From an uncultured Methanoregulaceae archaeon (GTDB lineage: Archaea; Halobacteriota; Methanomicrobia; Methanomicrobiales; Methanospirillaceae): DNA of 64,000 nucleotides. The translations under genes were made by a program, and so were the position numbers. The DNA is taken from NCBI GenBank assembly GCA_963717525.1, contig OY970343.1, positions 1,984,001 to 2,048,000 on the forward strand, in the 5' to 3' direction. Numbering within the stretch: the stretch's first letter is position 1; every line of letters begins with the position of its first letter. The notes below the pieces were generated by a model. That model did not search any database. It was not told the DNA's origin and saw nothing but the letters and a program-made list of their open reading frames with translations. Shown here one piece after another: positions 42,086 through 53,576 of the stretch.

Positions 42086-42358
42086 TCATCGGTTAAGTGA
42101 AGATAGAAAGTCATTTATCCACTCATTTTTCACATGACAAAACAGGAAAATGGTTTATTGTATACACCAACGAACTTTCAAAAAATGAGTTCTTAATGTA
42201 ATGTTAGATGAATTTAGGATCTATTCGCGGCAACCGTTTTCTCTCCCAAACCGGGTTATATAAATTCAACAGGAAATAAATCAAGGACGAATTGCACCGA
42301 ATGTTTAATAAACAAATTTCTTTCAATAAATACTGATTTATTTATTGCTGGAACGAGA

Positions 42359-44008
42359 TTACGCTCCTTTTTTGGCGCTAAAAACGATAATAACGCCACC
42401 ATTCAGCCGTTCGAGCAAAGAATCAAAACGAATGCTCCAACGGAGTAGTGTTTTTTCTCCCAATAATGCAATCAAAGGAGATATAAAAAACAGGGTTGTA
42501 TGAGTTCTTTCCGAGTAAGATGCAAAAAAATCCTCAAGTTCCAACACTGAAAAAAATTTCAGGTGTGTTTCCCCGTAGTTCCGACCCCGCCCGAGAACAT
42601 CCCAAAAAAATTCGTATACCCCCCATACAGACTGCTCATTGGGTGTCGATATAACGATTGCTCCACCTTTTTTAAGCACCCTCTCAGATTCGGCAATCAT
42701 TTTTTCTGGTTGATGAAGGTGTTCAATAATCTCAGCACAAATAATCTTAGAAAAGGTATCTTTCTTAAAGGGGAGATTTTCAGCATCTGCGATCAGGAAC
42801 TCAGCATTCGGAAAATTTTTACTTTTTGCATACTGGAGGACACTTCGATTTACATCCATTCCGATTATCAGATTGGGAGAGTTCAAATTCAAAGCATGAA
42901 GCTGGACGCCACTTCCGCAGCCTATATCTAGGATCACATCACTGTTTTTTGCATCAAGCATTGTTTTAATGGTATTTGTTCTTCGACGTTGGAAATACCG
43001 CTGGACACAAAGATCCGAATTATAGGCTCTCTCATCGATATCTCCATCAATGGAATTATAGTGACTGAGCAGATTCTCCTTTTTTGTATCTAGGGAAAAG
43101 AAACTTTGTAGACCAATCAGATCAATTACGATTTCAAGAAATCTCGTGAGGAACGCAAAAGCGGTTGCAGCTGCGAGGCTTACACCGAGAAGAACAAGGA
43201 TTCCGACAATTCCTGCCTCCTGGATACCAAGCCCGGCAGGAGTGACGGGAATTAAAGAAAGAATTGTAAGCAGCGGATTTAACAGGAGAGCCTCGATAAG
43301 GGTGATTGCCATTCCCCCAATCGCTTTTGCAACAAAAAACCATTCGAGTCCGCGGAAAATCCAGCCGATACATGAAACGGAGATGATATAGGGGGATATT
43401 TTCTGGATTAACCGACTCTGTTCACCGAGGTCGAGGATATATTTCAGATACGTATTCTTCTGGCAAAAATTCTGCATTACCTGTCCGGGGTACATGATGA
43501 GAAAATACCCCGTGATGATGAGCAACAGAAGAATTACAATTAAATAAATAATATACTCAAACGGAAGACCGGTGATCGTGGCGTAGAGATAATAGATTGC
43601 AACAATGGCAATAAAAGTTTTGAAGAGAAGATCATAAATATATGTGCTTGTAATAGCTGCTATTCCCTTGGGAAGGGCGACGCCCTTCTTGTTCAGGGCA
43701 AAGGCAACATAAAAATACCCGCTTCTTCCTGGAGTAAAATCTGAAAGGAGCATTCCAGCCATCTGAGAAAGAAAGACTATCCGGAACCGGATTTTATTTC
43801 CCAGATAATTGAGCACTCGTTTCAATCTGATTGACATGATAATATTATTTAAAAAGTAACAAAGCCCCGCCAGTATGAGAAAGAACCAGTCCAGGTGCAG
43901 AAGAATCTGGCTTACCTGAATATAATTGATTGATCCCAAGAGGAGAATAATTATAATTAATGCGATGATCACCTGGATAATCCTAAAAGAATCTCGTTTT
44001 AAATCCAT
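42359..44008 (-). CDS. lysylphosphatidylglycerol-synthase-TM (flippase-like) domain fused to a class I SAM methyltransferase
   Basis: DFTPGRSG, PVTPAGLGIQE in the TM part; LDIGCGSG, DAENLPF, EIIEHL, STPN in the C-terminal part. Confidence 0.85.
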   Translation of the reverse strand: MDLKRDSFRIIQVIIALIIIILLLGSINYIQVSQILLHLDWFFLILAGLCYFLNNIIMSIRLKRVLNYLGNKIRFRIVFLSQMAGMLLSDFTPGRSGYFYVAFALNKKGVALPKGIAAITSTYIYDLLFKTFIAIVAIYYLYATITGLPFEYIIYLIVILLLLIITGYFLIMYPGQVMQNFCQKNTYLKYILDLGEQSRLIQKISPYIISVSCIGWIFRGLEWFFVAKAIGGMAITLIEALLLNPLLTILSLIPVTPAGLGIQEAGIVGILVLLGVSLAAATAFAFLTRFLEIVIDLIGLQSFFSLDTKKENLLSHYNSIDGDIDERAYNSDLCVQRYFQRRRTNTIKTMLDAKNSDVILDIGCGSGVQLHALNLNSPNLIIGMDVNRSVLQYAKSKNFPNAEFLIADAENLPFKKDTFSKIICAEIIEHLHQPEKMIAESERVLKKGGAIVISTPNEQSVWGVYEFFWDVLGRGRNYGETHLKFFSVLELEDFFASYSERTHTTLFFISPLIALLGEKTLLRWSIRFDSLLERLNGGVIIVFSAKKGA

Positions 44009-44188
44009 AAAGCTCCAGGAAATCAATTCTTTGCTATAATATGACGAAAAAAGATATAAATAATTGGGGAAGCCGGAATCCTTGACACAGAATCCTTTTC
44101 TTGATTACCTGTTAAAACATACAGAAATCACATTGATACAAAAAACGATTAGGAAAATTTTTTGAGTTTCCGTTTCAAGTAGTATCTG

Positions 44189-46492
44189 ATGATACCTTTT
44201 GACCATATCAGGGAAAAATTCAAGGACTTTTCATCAAAGAATATCCTCTATTATATTTTCCCGGTCCTCATTATCCTGATCCTGTACTTCTCCTTTCTCC
44301 CTTTCAACCAGACCTATATTGGTGAATGGCATGATATATTTGCCAATTCATTGTATTATACCATCACTGATCACAATTACTTCACGACGTGGAACAACCT
44401 TTGGGCTGGTGGCTTTCCACTCACGGCAAACCCGAATTCCGATAAGTATTACCTCTTCTCCTTTCCGTTCTATCTTATCTTCCAGAACCTGACCATTGTG
44501 AATTTCATTATCCTGTTTCACCTTCTGATAGCCTATTTCACTTTTTATAAACTGGGCACTCTCATAACCAAAAATAAGAATGCATTGCTAATCTTCTCGG
44601 TTTTCTATGCCTTTTCCGGTATTATGCTCGGGCGCATTTATGCCGGGCACCACCTTCTCGTCTACGCACTTGCCTGGCTCCCCCTCGTATACTACTTCTT
44701 CCTCAAAATGGTGGTATATAAAGAGATCACTATATGGAATCTGGTGGGTCTGTCTGTTGTTTCAGCTCTTGTGTACTTTACCGGCGATCTTTACCACTTT
44801 ATCCTTGTATATCTCGTTCTTCTCGTTCTTTTCCTGTATTACGCAGCAGTTGGAAAAATCAGCAGAAAGATTTTGTATTATCTAATTCTCTCAATCCTCC
44901 TGACAACCCTGATCATTTCCGTAAAAGTCATACCGGACATTGGTGTTTCTGGTGCGGTAGTCAGGCAGGATGTTATAGATCCGCTTACTGGAGGCGGCTC
45001 TGTTGAAACAGATCTCTCTTCGTTTGTCAACGGTTCAGGAATTGATAGTGTCTGGGCGCAATATGAAAGCGGCGTGATGATAGGAATAATTCCTGTTCTG
45101 CTGATGATTGTTGCACTGATATATGGAAGAAAAGAGATCACGATTCCCGCGTATTTTGGGATAATTTTCTCTTTTATCTGGGCAGGTGCCGGGAAAACCA
45201 TATTCTTTTTCCTCCATCTCCTGCCCATTGTTAACAACCTTCGTAACCCCGGAAGGATATTTGGGGCGCTGTTGCCATTGCTCCTCCTTCTCTCCCTTTA
45301 TGGGGCAGTCATTCTCTATGACAGGATCAAAAATGGCGAGGGATTCACGCTTTCGGGAGAGCAGAAGAGGCTGGTGGCGCTCGGTATCGGGCTGTTGATT
45401 CTGGTGAAACTGTGTGAAATACCGTACCAGGAAATGATCACCCCGGAAACCTTAGTAACCGCCATCCTGATTTTTGCTTTTGTCGCTCTGCTCTATTTCC
45501 AGAAAGGAACCGAGAGGAATATCCTGCTGTTCTTCGGGACGGCCCTTATAGTCAACGCGGGGATAATCCTTCTGATTTACCAGGTTATTCAGCCATTTGT
45601 TCTTATAGAACTGCTCATTATTGCCCTTTTACTTGCCGGACTCTTCATCTTTATGCAGAAATGTTCCACGGGTAAGAATCAATCTCGTGTACTTTGTGGT
45701 ATTCTGTTGGCGGGTATTTTTATAATGATGATGGGAAATCTTGGCAGCGGTTATATCAAAGTATACTCGCCACAGCTCAACGAAAGTCCGGCCCAAGAGA
45801 TCATTCAGCAGGTCAGAAATATTTCACCAAGTAGTGGTCCTCTCGTGGCGTACGAAACAGGAGTACCGATCTGGCATATGGACTTTACGTATTGGGACGT
45901 GGTTAATGGAATACAACCACTGAGCGTTTATTCTGCCTATTATCTCGAGACCATGCCGCAGTTGAGTTATACCATCGACAACGTCACCTATTACACCCCT
46001 AACTACATTGTTGACACTCAGTACCGTGAGAACGGGCAGCAGAACATCCCTAATACCACATTCAAGGTTCAGAATATATCTGTGTATATCCCGGATCATG
46101 TCCTGCCTACAGTGTTCGCCATAAGGGGGGATCAGTTGATCCCGCTCACACTTGATACATTCACTCCGGATGATATCGTGGCATCGGGAGACCTGCAAAA
46201 AGGAGATATTGTCGTCCTGAAAGAGAACTACTATACTGGTTGGAAAGTAAATGGTGCGGATGCCGATCCGGTCGGAACCATGATCGGTACCCAGATGCAG
46301 GCTGATACCAGCACGGTCAGGTTTACCTTCGATCCTTTGGATTACAAAGTGGGAGCCCTTCTCTCGTTACTGGGAGTTATTCTCTTTATCCTTCTCCTTT
46401 TCCGTAGAAAGGATATAGATGAGTATTTCTCCCGGGTTTTGCCACAGGAATCAAAACGACCCACTGGAAATAAAAAAGACCGGAAAAAATAG
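44189..46492 (+). CDS. large polytopic membrane protein, YfhO/GT-C-like
   Basis: WNNLWAGGFP, YAFSG, LRNPGR, C-terminal KENYYTGWKVNG followed by a TM helix. Confidence 0.75.
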   Translation: MIPFDHIREKFKDFSSKNILYYIFPVLIILILYFSFLPFNQTYIGEWHDIFANSLYYTITDHNYFTTWNNLWAGGFPLTANPNSDKYYLFSFPFYLIFQNLTIVNFIILFHLLIAYFTFYKLGTLITKNKNALLIFSVFYAFSGIMLGRIYAGHHLLVYALAWLPLVYYFFLKMVVYKEITIWNLVGLSVVSALVYFTGDLYHFILVYLVLLVLFLYYAAVGKISRKILYYLILSILLTTLIISVKVIPDIGVSGAVVRQDVIDPLTGGGSVETDLSSFVNGSGIDSVWAQYESGVMIGIIPVLLMIVALIYGRKEITIPAYFGIIFSFIWAGAGKTIFFFLHLLPIVNNLRNPGRIFGALLPLLLLLSLYGAVILYDRIKNGEGFTLSGEQKRLVALGIGLLILVKLCEIPYQEMITPETLVTAILIFAFVALLYFQKGTERNILLFFGTALIVNAGIILLIYQVIQPFVLIELLIIALLLAGLFIFMQKCSTGKNQSRVLCGILLAGIFIMMMGNLGSGYIKVYSPQLNESPAQEIIQQVRNISPSSGPLVAYETGVPIWHMDFTYWDVVNGIQPLSVYSAYYLETMPQLSYTIDNVTYYTPNYIVDTQYRENGQQNIPNTTFKVQNISVYIPDHVLPTVFAIRGDQLIPLTLDTFTPDDIVASGDLQKGDIVVLKENYYTGWKVNGADADPVGTMIGTQMQADTSTVRFTFDPLDYKVGALLSLLGVILFILLLFRRKDIDEYFSRVLPQESKRPTGNKKDRKK

Positions 46493-46748
46493 TTTAATAG
46501 TTCTAAAGAACCCTGATTAGACTCGAAAAATGTAGGATTTAAGGGTTCTATAAGAAGAAAGAAACTTCTTTCAGATACGGGAGAACAAAATTCAAATAAT
46601 TCACTCAAGCCTCATCAAAAATGAGCTTGGCATTCACGCTCCAGATTAAGATAAGGCAGGTCATAGATCCAAATCTATGGTTATTTTAAATCCACTTCTC
46701 TGCCTACAATCATAAACTCTCTTATTTCCAGACATCCTATACATCATC

Positions 46749-47720
46749 ATGTCCAACATCACCGTCGCTGTCCTTGCCCCGAACGGCTTTGCGGACGAGC
46801 TGGGAAAGAAGGGGACAACGAGCGATATCACCTTTTACAACCTCAAAAGAGGAGAATCCACGGTCACCTTCATCGAACCCACGCGGTACCCTGAAAAACT
46901 CTCCTCGCTGTTCTATGCGATCTCCCTTGCGGATCGCGTTGTTCTGGTGGTGGATGAGATCACCGCGACATTCGGGGAGACCGTCCTGATGCTCCAGTGT
47001 GCAGGAAAAGCGAACGGGTATATCATCTTCCGTAATTACCTGACCCCGGACCAGATCGCCCCGCTCATCAAAGGCACCGTGCTCGAACACTACGAGGCCA
47101 TCGAAAACGATCCGCTTGGGTTACGAGAGAAACTGCTTGATGCCGCAGTAAAGCTGACAGCCCACCATAAAGTAAAGGAAGGGACAAGCAATGGAGCAGT
47201 TCCCATCGATCACCACTTCAACGTCAAAGGAGTGGGTGTCGTCATTCTGGGATGCGTTGCCCACGGGGTCATCAAAAAACACGATTCCTTAAAGGTGCTC
47301 CCGACCGCAAAAACCGCCCAGGTCCGTTCCATCCAGAAACACGAAGACGATGCCGATAGTGCGGTTACCGGGGATCGGGTGGGCCTCGCCCTCAAAGGTG
47401 TCGAAGTCGAAGACCTTGACCGGGGCTACGTCCTCACCAACGATCCGGCGATCAAGAGTTCATCTGTGGTCACGGGCAAGGCGCAGCTGGTAAAATACTG
47501 GCCGGCGCCGTTAAAGGAAGAGATGGTGATCTACCTTGGCCACTGGATGCAGTTTTTACCCTCGCGTCTCACCCGGGTATCGGGAGAAGGGGACTGGAGG
47601 ATGCCCGAACTCACCTTCACCCTTGAAAAGGATCTGGTGTATCTTCCCGGGGCCCGGGTAGTGCTGCATTACCTTGAAGGTGGCAAACTCAGGGTCGTGG
47701 GAACCCTGACCCTTCAATAG
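46749..47720 (+). CDS. archaeal SelB-like / EF-Tu-like translation factor with degenerate G domain
   Basis: PIDHHFNVKGVGVVILG, VRSIQKH, GDRVGLALKG; no intact GxxxxGK(S/T). Confidence 0.8.
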   Translation: MSNITVAVLAPNGFADELGKKGTTSDITFYNLKRGESTVTFIEPTRYPEKLSSLFYAISLADRVVLVVDEITATFGETVLMLQCAGKANGYIIFRNYLTPDQIAPLIKGTVLEHYEAIENDPLGLREKLLDAAVKLTAHHKVKEGTSNGAVPIDHHFNVKGVGVVILGCVAHGVIKKHDSLKVLPTAKTAQVRSIQKHEDDADSAVTGDRVGLALKGVEVEDLDRGYVLTNDPAIKSSSVVTGKAQLVKYWPAPLKEEMVIYLGHWMQFLPSRLTRVSGEGDWRMPELTFTLEKDLVYLPGARVVLHYLEGGKLRVVGTLTLQ

Positions 47721-47839
47721 GCCTCTGATATTTTGGATAATTTTTTTATCTTTCTTGTGGTATCCTGTCAAAAGAAGGCATGCCGTCGGCTTACCTCACC
47801 TATTATCTGGTACCGCATACATTTCTGTACTGATACCAC

Positions 47840-48409
47840 ATGTTTGGCGATATTCTGAGCTGGATCATCCTTATCGTTATTATTCTTATTATCATCGGCC
47901 TGATCCTCTGGGCCGTGGGCATCTACAACCGGTTCCAGTCCCTCAAAAACTCGTCCGAGGCAACGCTGGGGCAGATCCGGGTCGCAATGAAGAAGCGTCT
48001 GGACATGATCGACCAGCTGCTCGGGGCAGTGAAGAGCTATGCCAAATTCGAGCAGGAGACGTTTACCAAGGTCACCGCGATGCGGGCCAGCGTTGCGACT
48101 GCAGGCCCGGGAGACCTCAACAAGGTCGAGGCAGAGTCACGCTCCATCTTCGGCCGCCTGCTTGCCGTGGCCGAGAACTACCCGGAGCTCAAGACATCCC
48201 AGACCGTCACCTCGCTCATGGATTCGGTCAAAAGCCTCGAGGAAGAGATCGCCCGCCAGAGATATACCTACAATAACATCTCGCAGGAATTCAATACGAT
48301 GATGGATACCATCCCTTCAAAATTCATCGGCCACATGACCGGCCTGCCCAAGCTGGAATACCTCCAGTTCGAGGAAGAGATCAAGACCCCGCCGAAGATC
48401 GAGTTCTGA
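47840..48409 (+). CDS. lemA: LemA family protein
   Basis: N-terminal [23 protein letters not shown]. Confidence 0.92.
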   Translation: MFGDILSWIILIVIILIIIGLILWAVGIYNRFQSLKNSSEATLGQIRVAMKKRLDMIDQLLGAVKSYAKFEQETFTKVTAMRASVATAGPGDLNKVEAESRSIFGRLLAVAENYPELKTSQTVTSLMDSVKSLEEEIARQRYTYNNISQEFNTMMDTIPSKFIGHMTGLPKLEYLQFEEEIKTPPKIEF

Positions 48410-48574
48410 CGGGTTTTGTCGTGGGTGAAACCAGGCAGGTTGCCGGTCCGGTCACGGATCCCTCGTTCCGGGTGTTCCCGGGCCGGAGACCGGATTTTCT
48501 CCCTCTAAAGGGGAAAAGAGATATAAATCCACGTCAATCCAATGAATACCCAGATACAATAAAAGAGCGCCTGT

Positions 48575-49165
48575 ATGCACTATTCAGAAGGCCGGCTCGG
48601 CCGGGTATTTGTCCTGACGATCGATGACGGCGAAGATTTTCTGGCTGTCACGCATGAGTTCATACGGAATAAAGCGGTACAGACCGGCACCATCCTCTTT
48701 CTTGGCGCGCTCAGGCAGGGACGGATGGTGACTGGTCCTGAGGAACTTGTCATTCCACCGGAGCCGCATAATGTCATGTTTGAAGGCGGCTGGGAGATGG
48801 TGGGCCTCGGTACTATTTATCCGGGTGATGCCGGTCCTGCAATCCACTACCACGCCTCGGTCGGCCGGGCAGGCCACGCGCTGACCGGGTGCCTGCGGGA
48901 AAAGGCAGTCACGTACATCGTTGCTGAGGCTGTCGTCCTTGAATTTACCGGTCTTGATATCCGCCGCCAGCCTGATGAAAAGACCGGGGTATCCCTGCCG
49001 GTTCATACAAAAGCTGATGACTCATCCCGGCAGTCCACCACCCCCGGGATTGACGCACCCCCCCAAGGATCCGCGCCCGGGGAGAAAGAGCCAAAGAAAG
49101 AAGAGGATATGCCGGGGGGCCTCGCCGAGATTATCCGCGACCTTACCCGGCGCCCGCGGACCTGA
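48575..49165 (+). CDS. PPC/DUF296 domain protein
   Basis: GRVFVLTIDDGED, LGAL, HYHASVG, GCL. Confidence 0.85.
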   Translation: MHYSEGRLGRVFVLTIDDGEDFLAVTHEFIRNKAVQTGTILFLGALRQGRMVTGPEELVIPPEPHNVMFEGGWEMVGLGTIYPGDAGPAIHYHASVGRAGHALTGCLREKAVTYIVAEAVVLEFTGLDIRRQPDEKTGVSLPVHTKADDSSRQSTTPGIDAPPQGSAPGEKEPKKEEDMPGGLAEIIRDLTRRPRT

Positions 49166-49184
49166 CCCGTATAATACCTGATTT

Positions 49185-51093
49185 ATGCGATCCCAACCTC
49201 CGTTCCTTCCCGTTTCTCTCACCGAGGCGAAGGCTCTTGGCATCGAACAGTTCGATAGTATCCTTGTCACGGGAGATGCCTATGTCGATCATCCCGCGTT
49301 TGGCACGGCGCTCATCGGCCGGGTTCTCTGGGATGCGGGATTTTCAGTGGGCGTCATCGCCCAGCCAGACGTGAAGACCGAACGGGACTTTACAGCCCTC
49401 GGGAAACCCCGGCTCTTCTTTGGTATATCTTCCGGCAATGTCGACTCGATGGTCAATAATTTCACCCCCAACCTGAAACGCCGGAGCTCTGACGTATACT
49501 CGCCCGGCGGGATTCCCCGGCGCCCGGACCGTGCGATAATCGTGTACGCAAACCGGGTCCACGCGGCATATTCCGGCACGCCCATTGTCCTCGGGGGTAT
49601 CGAAGCGAGCCTGCGCAGGTTCGCACACTACGACTACTGGCAGGACCGGGTGCGCCAGTCAGTCCTTGCCGATGCCCCGGCCACCCTTCTTGCCTATGGG
49701 ATGGCCGAACGGCAGATGGTTGAGATCGCCCGGCGTCTGGATGCGGGGGAACCGGCCCGGGCTCTTCGGGATATACCGGGGACGTCGTATACCATAGAAG
49801 TGGCCGAATGGCGTGCCGCCCGGCCGGAAGGCATTGTCGAAATCCCGGGGTTTTCCGAGGTATCTTCGGATAAAACTGCGTATGCCCGGGCGTTTGCTGT
49901 CCACTACCGGGAACAGGACCCGGTGCGGGGGAGAGCGGTCGCACAGCCGCATCCAAAGACGGTGGTCATCCAGAACCCCCCGGCCCTGCCTCTTTCTGCC
50001 GCGGAGCTCGACCAGATCTACGAACTACCGTTCTCGCGCCGCGCACACCCCTCGTACCGCGAGCCCGTCCTGGCCCTCGAACCGGTACAGTTCTCGGTGG
50101 TGAGCCACCGGGGCTGCTTCGGGAGCTGTTCGTTCTGCGCCCTCACCCACCACCAGGGGCGTATTATCCAGAGCCGGAGCATTGAATCCATCGTCCGGGA
50201 GGTGACCCGGATGGCCGCGATGCCAGAGTTCAAAGGGACCGTCCAGGACGTAGGCGGTCCGACGGCAAACATGTACGGCATGGGGTGCGATCGCTGGGCT
50301 GCAGCCGGGGCATGCCCGGACAAGTCCTGCTCGCCGGCCTGCCAAACCCTCCGGACAAGCCACCAGCAGCTCACAGACCTTCTCAAAAAAGTCAGTGATG
50401 TGCCGGGCGTGAAAAAGGTGTTCGTCGGCTCCGGCATCCGGTACGACCTTGTGCTTGCAGATGATCCCGACACCCGGTACCTGGAAGATCTCTGCAAATG
50501 GCATGTCTCGGGCCACCTCAAGGTCGCCCCGGAGCACATCTCGCCCCGCGTCACGAGAGCCATGAACAAGCCGGATGGTTCGGTATTTGACCGGTTCATC
50601 GACCGGTTCGAAACCCTCCAGGAAAGCAAACCCAAGCGCCAGTATCTTGTCCCCTATTTTATGTCCGGCCATCCCGGCTGCACGGTCAATGACATGGTCG
50701 AACTCGCTGAGTACATCCGCGATAGCGGGCTCTATACCGAGCAGGTGCAGGACTTTACGCCGACCCCTATGAGCATCTCCACGTGCATGTACTACACCGG
50801 CATAAATCCGTTCACGCTTGAACCGGTGCATGTGCCCAAAGGAAGGGAGAAGAAGATCCAGCGGGCACTCATGCAGTACCCGGGAACCGCAGAACCGGGG
50901 CCTCGTCATCGAAGGGCTCCGCATGGCAGGCAGGAGCGATCTTATCGGGAGCAGGAAGAAATGCCTTGTGGCCGGGGAGAAGTGCGGTGACCGGTACCCG
51001 CCGGGGCCTGCAGCACGATGGAAGCGAACCGGGCGACTGGATCCCGGCCACGATCCGGGATCAACATCAAAAAAGGTCCCGAAAGGAGAATGA
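49185..51093 (+). CDS. YgiQ/UPF0313 family radical SAM protein; frameshifted at about 50880
   Basis: VTGDAYVDHP, RGCFGSCSFC, DVGGPTANMYG, YFMSGHPG, QVQDFTPTP; C-terminus continues REPQNRGLVIEGLRMAGRSDLIG in another frame. Confidence 0.9.
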
Positions 51094-51236
51094 ACTTTTT
51101 CCCGATAGTCCGGGATATTTGTGCCGTGTTTAAATGGGGCAGTACAACGTGATTTCATTGTTACGAAATCAGGATGCGTTGACGGACTTTCACGGTTTTC
51201 CCGGCGGGGTGGTTTCTACAAGAATAAAAAAAGGAT

Positions 51237-51923
51237 TTATCCCCATCCCACAAGCTCAGACGTGGTCGAGCCAGTTGAGGAACTCGAGCTCGATCTGCAC
51301 CGGGACGGGAACGCCGGGTGCCGACCAGAAAGTGACCGTGGCCCCGTTCTCTGATTTGGTGTACTTACTTGCAGCGGGGTATGTTCCTGCAGGGACAGTG
51401 ACCGACTCAATGCCTGCGAACGTGAGTGTTGACTCCTTGTTGAAATTGGTTGCGGACATCTGATTGAGCTGGGATGCGGGGATAGCTGATGGTCATGGTC
51501 TTCCCGTTGACCGTCATGGTCATCGTACCACCCAGGATGCTGTTCATTGCAGAATCATAGTAGTAGTCATACACCCCGTTCATGGCCGAGGAGGTCATGG
51601 TGACTTTCATTTCAACGGCCGGTCTGCCCGTTGTACGTGCTGGTGGATCGCTCCATTTTCATGTCTATCGACATCTCCTTTCCCTGATTTGTCGTTGTGG
51701 TCTGGTATTCCATCCAGTTGTAACTTGACCCGAAGACGGATGAGGAACTCACCGTCGAACCCACCTGCGGCGTCGACGATGCAGCAGCCGGTGATGAGCT
51801 TCCTGACGACGACGTGCCGGATCCCCCGGACGGGGCTGTTGTTGTCTGGGATGCACAACCCGCACATGCGATTGCAATCACGACAAGCATGACTGCAATA
51901 ATACCGATATATGCTGACTTCAT
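51237..51923 (-). CDS. secreted Ser/Thr-rich lipoprotein, split by three frameshifts
   Basis: Signal peptide ending ACAGC; three consecutive ORF pieces join to YNWMEY...ESVTVPAGTY...ELVGWG-stop. Confidence 0.7.
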
Positions 51924-52120
51924 ATTAGTCCTCCAAAGATCTGCACAAGAATCGCAAACATCCGTTTTCAGGCACCGGAAAACAGGAATGTCAGGATCTG
52001 GTTGATATCTCACACTCTATATAATAAAAGAATTTCGAAATTCATCCAATACTCATTCCCGCATCAAATTCGGGTGCAGCAGAACCAGATTCTCCACCAA
52101 AAACAGGAATAATCCGGTCT

Positions 52121-53470
52121 CTACTTCCTGCCATAATCGTCCTCAAAACGGACGATATCGTCCTCTTCGAGGTATTCGCCGAGCTGCACCTCGATCACTT
52201 CGAGAGGGATCACGCCGGGATTTTTGAGCCGGTGCCGGATCCCGCTCCGAACAAACGTGCTCTCCCCCTTCCTGAGCAGTTTTGTCTCGCCGTTAAGTTC
52301 CACCTCGGCCGTCCCGCTCACGACCACCCAGTGCTCGCTCCGGTGGTGGTGGAGCTGGAGGGAGAGTTTCTGCCCGGGCTTGACCGTCACACGCTTGATT
52401 TTGTGCCCCTCAGAATCCTCCAGTACCGTATAGGACCCCCAGGGCCGGTGGACCTGCCGGTGGAACCGGGTGACCGGGTCGTTTTGCTCCTTAAACCGGT
52501 GGACGAGGTCCTTGACCTGCTCCGTGTGCCGGTTGTCGCAGACCAGGAGCGCATCGGCCGTGTCCACCACGACAAGGTTGTCCACGCCTATCAGGCCCAC
52601 GCGTTTGCCCGGCGCATGCACATAGTTGTCCCGTGCAGACAGGTACTCGGCTGCCCCGGCATTTCCCTCCCCATCGTGCGCCTCGACCTCGTAGAGCGCC
52701 GCAAAGGTCCCGAGGTCATTCCACTCTGTATCGAGCGGCACCACGGCCACCTTCTTTGACGGCTCCAGCAGGCCGTAATCGATCGAGACAGAGTCCAGTT
52801 TTCCGTAATCCGGTGTGGTGCTCCCGCCAAACGCGGCAGAGAGGCGGGGCTGGTATTTTTTGAGTTCCCTGAAGAATACGGGGACGGAAAGGAGGAAGAT
52901 TCCGCTGTTCCAGAGGTACCCTTTCTTCACGTAGTCCGTTGCGGTCTTCTCATCGGGCTTTTCCCTGAACTGGTCGACAACAAAGCCTGCGGGGAGCGCC
53001 TTTCCGGGTCTGATATACCCGTATCCGGTGTGTGGCGCTGTTGGTTTGACACCGAACGTGACAAGATAACCCTTTGAGAGCGGTTCCGCGGCCCTGATCT
53101 GGCTGATGGCAACGTCCCCGAGAAGGTGATCGCTTGGGAATACCACCACAGCGGCGTTTTTGTCCTCTTTTTTGATCTGCTGCATCGCCCATGCGATGGC
53201 GGGCAGGGTGTTCTTTTGTTCCGGTTCAGCAAGGATATGGTTATCGGGGATGGCATATCCCAGATCATCCATCTGGTTGCGGACGAGGTACTGGTGGATC
53301 TCATTTGTCACCACCCAGATCCCGTCCTCATCCGAGAATTTTTTTGCCCGTTCACAGGTCTTCTGGAATAGGGATCTCCCGTCCATCGGGATAAACTGCT
53401 TGGGGAAGTATTCGCGTGAAAGGGGCCACAGCCGCGTCCCCACGCCGCCGGCGAGGATAATGGTTTTCAT
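52121..53470 (-). CDS. manC: mannose-1-phosphate guanylyltransferase / mannose-6-phosphate isomerase
   Basis: ILAGGVGTRLWPLSR, FPSDH, WNSGIF, WNDLG, cupin RPWG...HHHRSEHW. Confidence 0.95.
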   Translation of the reverse strand: MKTIILAGGVGTRLWPLSREYFPKQFIPMDGRSLFQKTCERAKKFSDEDGIWVVTNEIHQYLVRNQMDDLGYAIPDNHILAEPEQKNTLPAIAWAMQQIKKEDKNAAVVVFPSDHLLGDVAISQIRAAEPLSKGYLVTFGVKPTAPHTGYGYIRPGKALPAGFVVDQFREKPDEKTATDYVKKGYLWNSGIFLLSVPVFFRELKKYQPRLSAAFGGSTTPDYGKLDSVSIDYGLLEPSKKVAVVPLDTEWNDLGTFAALYEVEAHDGEGNAGAAEYLSARDNYVHAPGKRVGLIGVDNLVVVDTADALLVCDNRHTEQVKDLVHRFKEQNDPVTRFHRQVHRPWGSYTVLEDSEGHKIKRVTVKPGQKLSLQLHHHRSEHWVVVSGTAEVELNGETKLLRKGESTFVRSGIRHRLKNPGVIPLEVIEVQLGEYLEEDDIVRFEDDYGRK

Positions 53471-53576
53471 GAATCCGCCTGGTACCTGTCCCGGGTTTTT
53501 TCCTGTCCCGGTCGATATTCTTATAGTACTCTGTCCGGGGTTATCCTTTATAAAAGTCGATCCCGCACGGCGCTGG

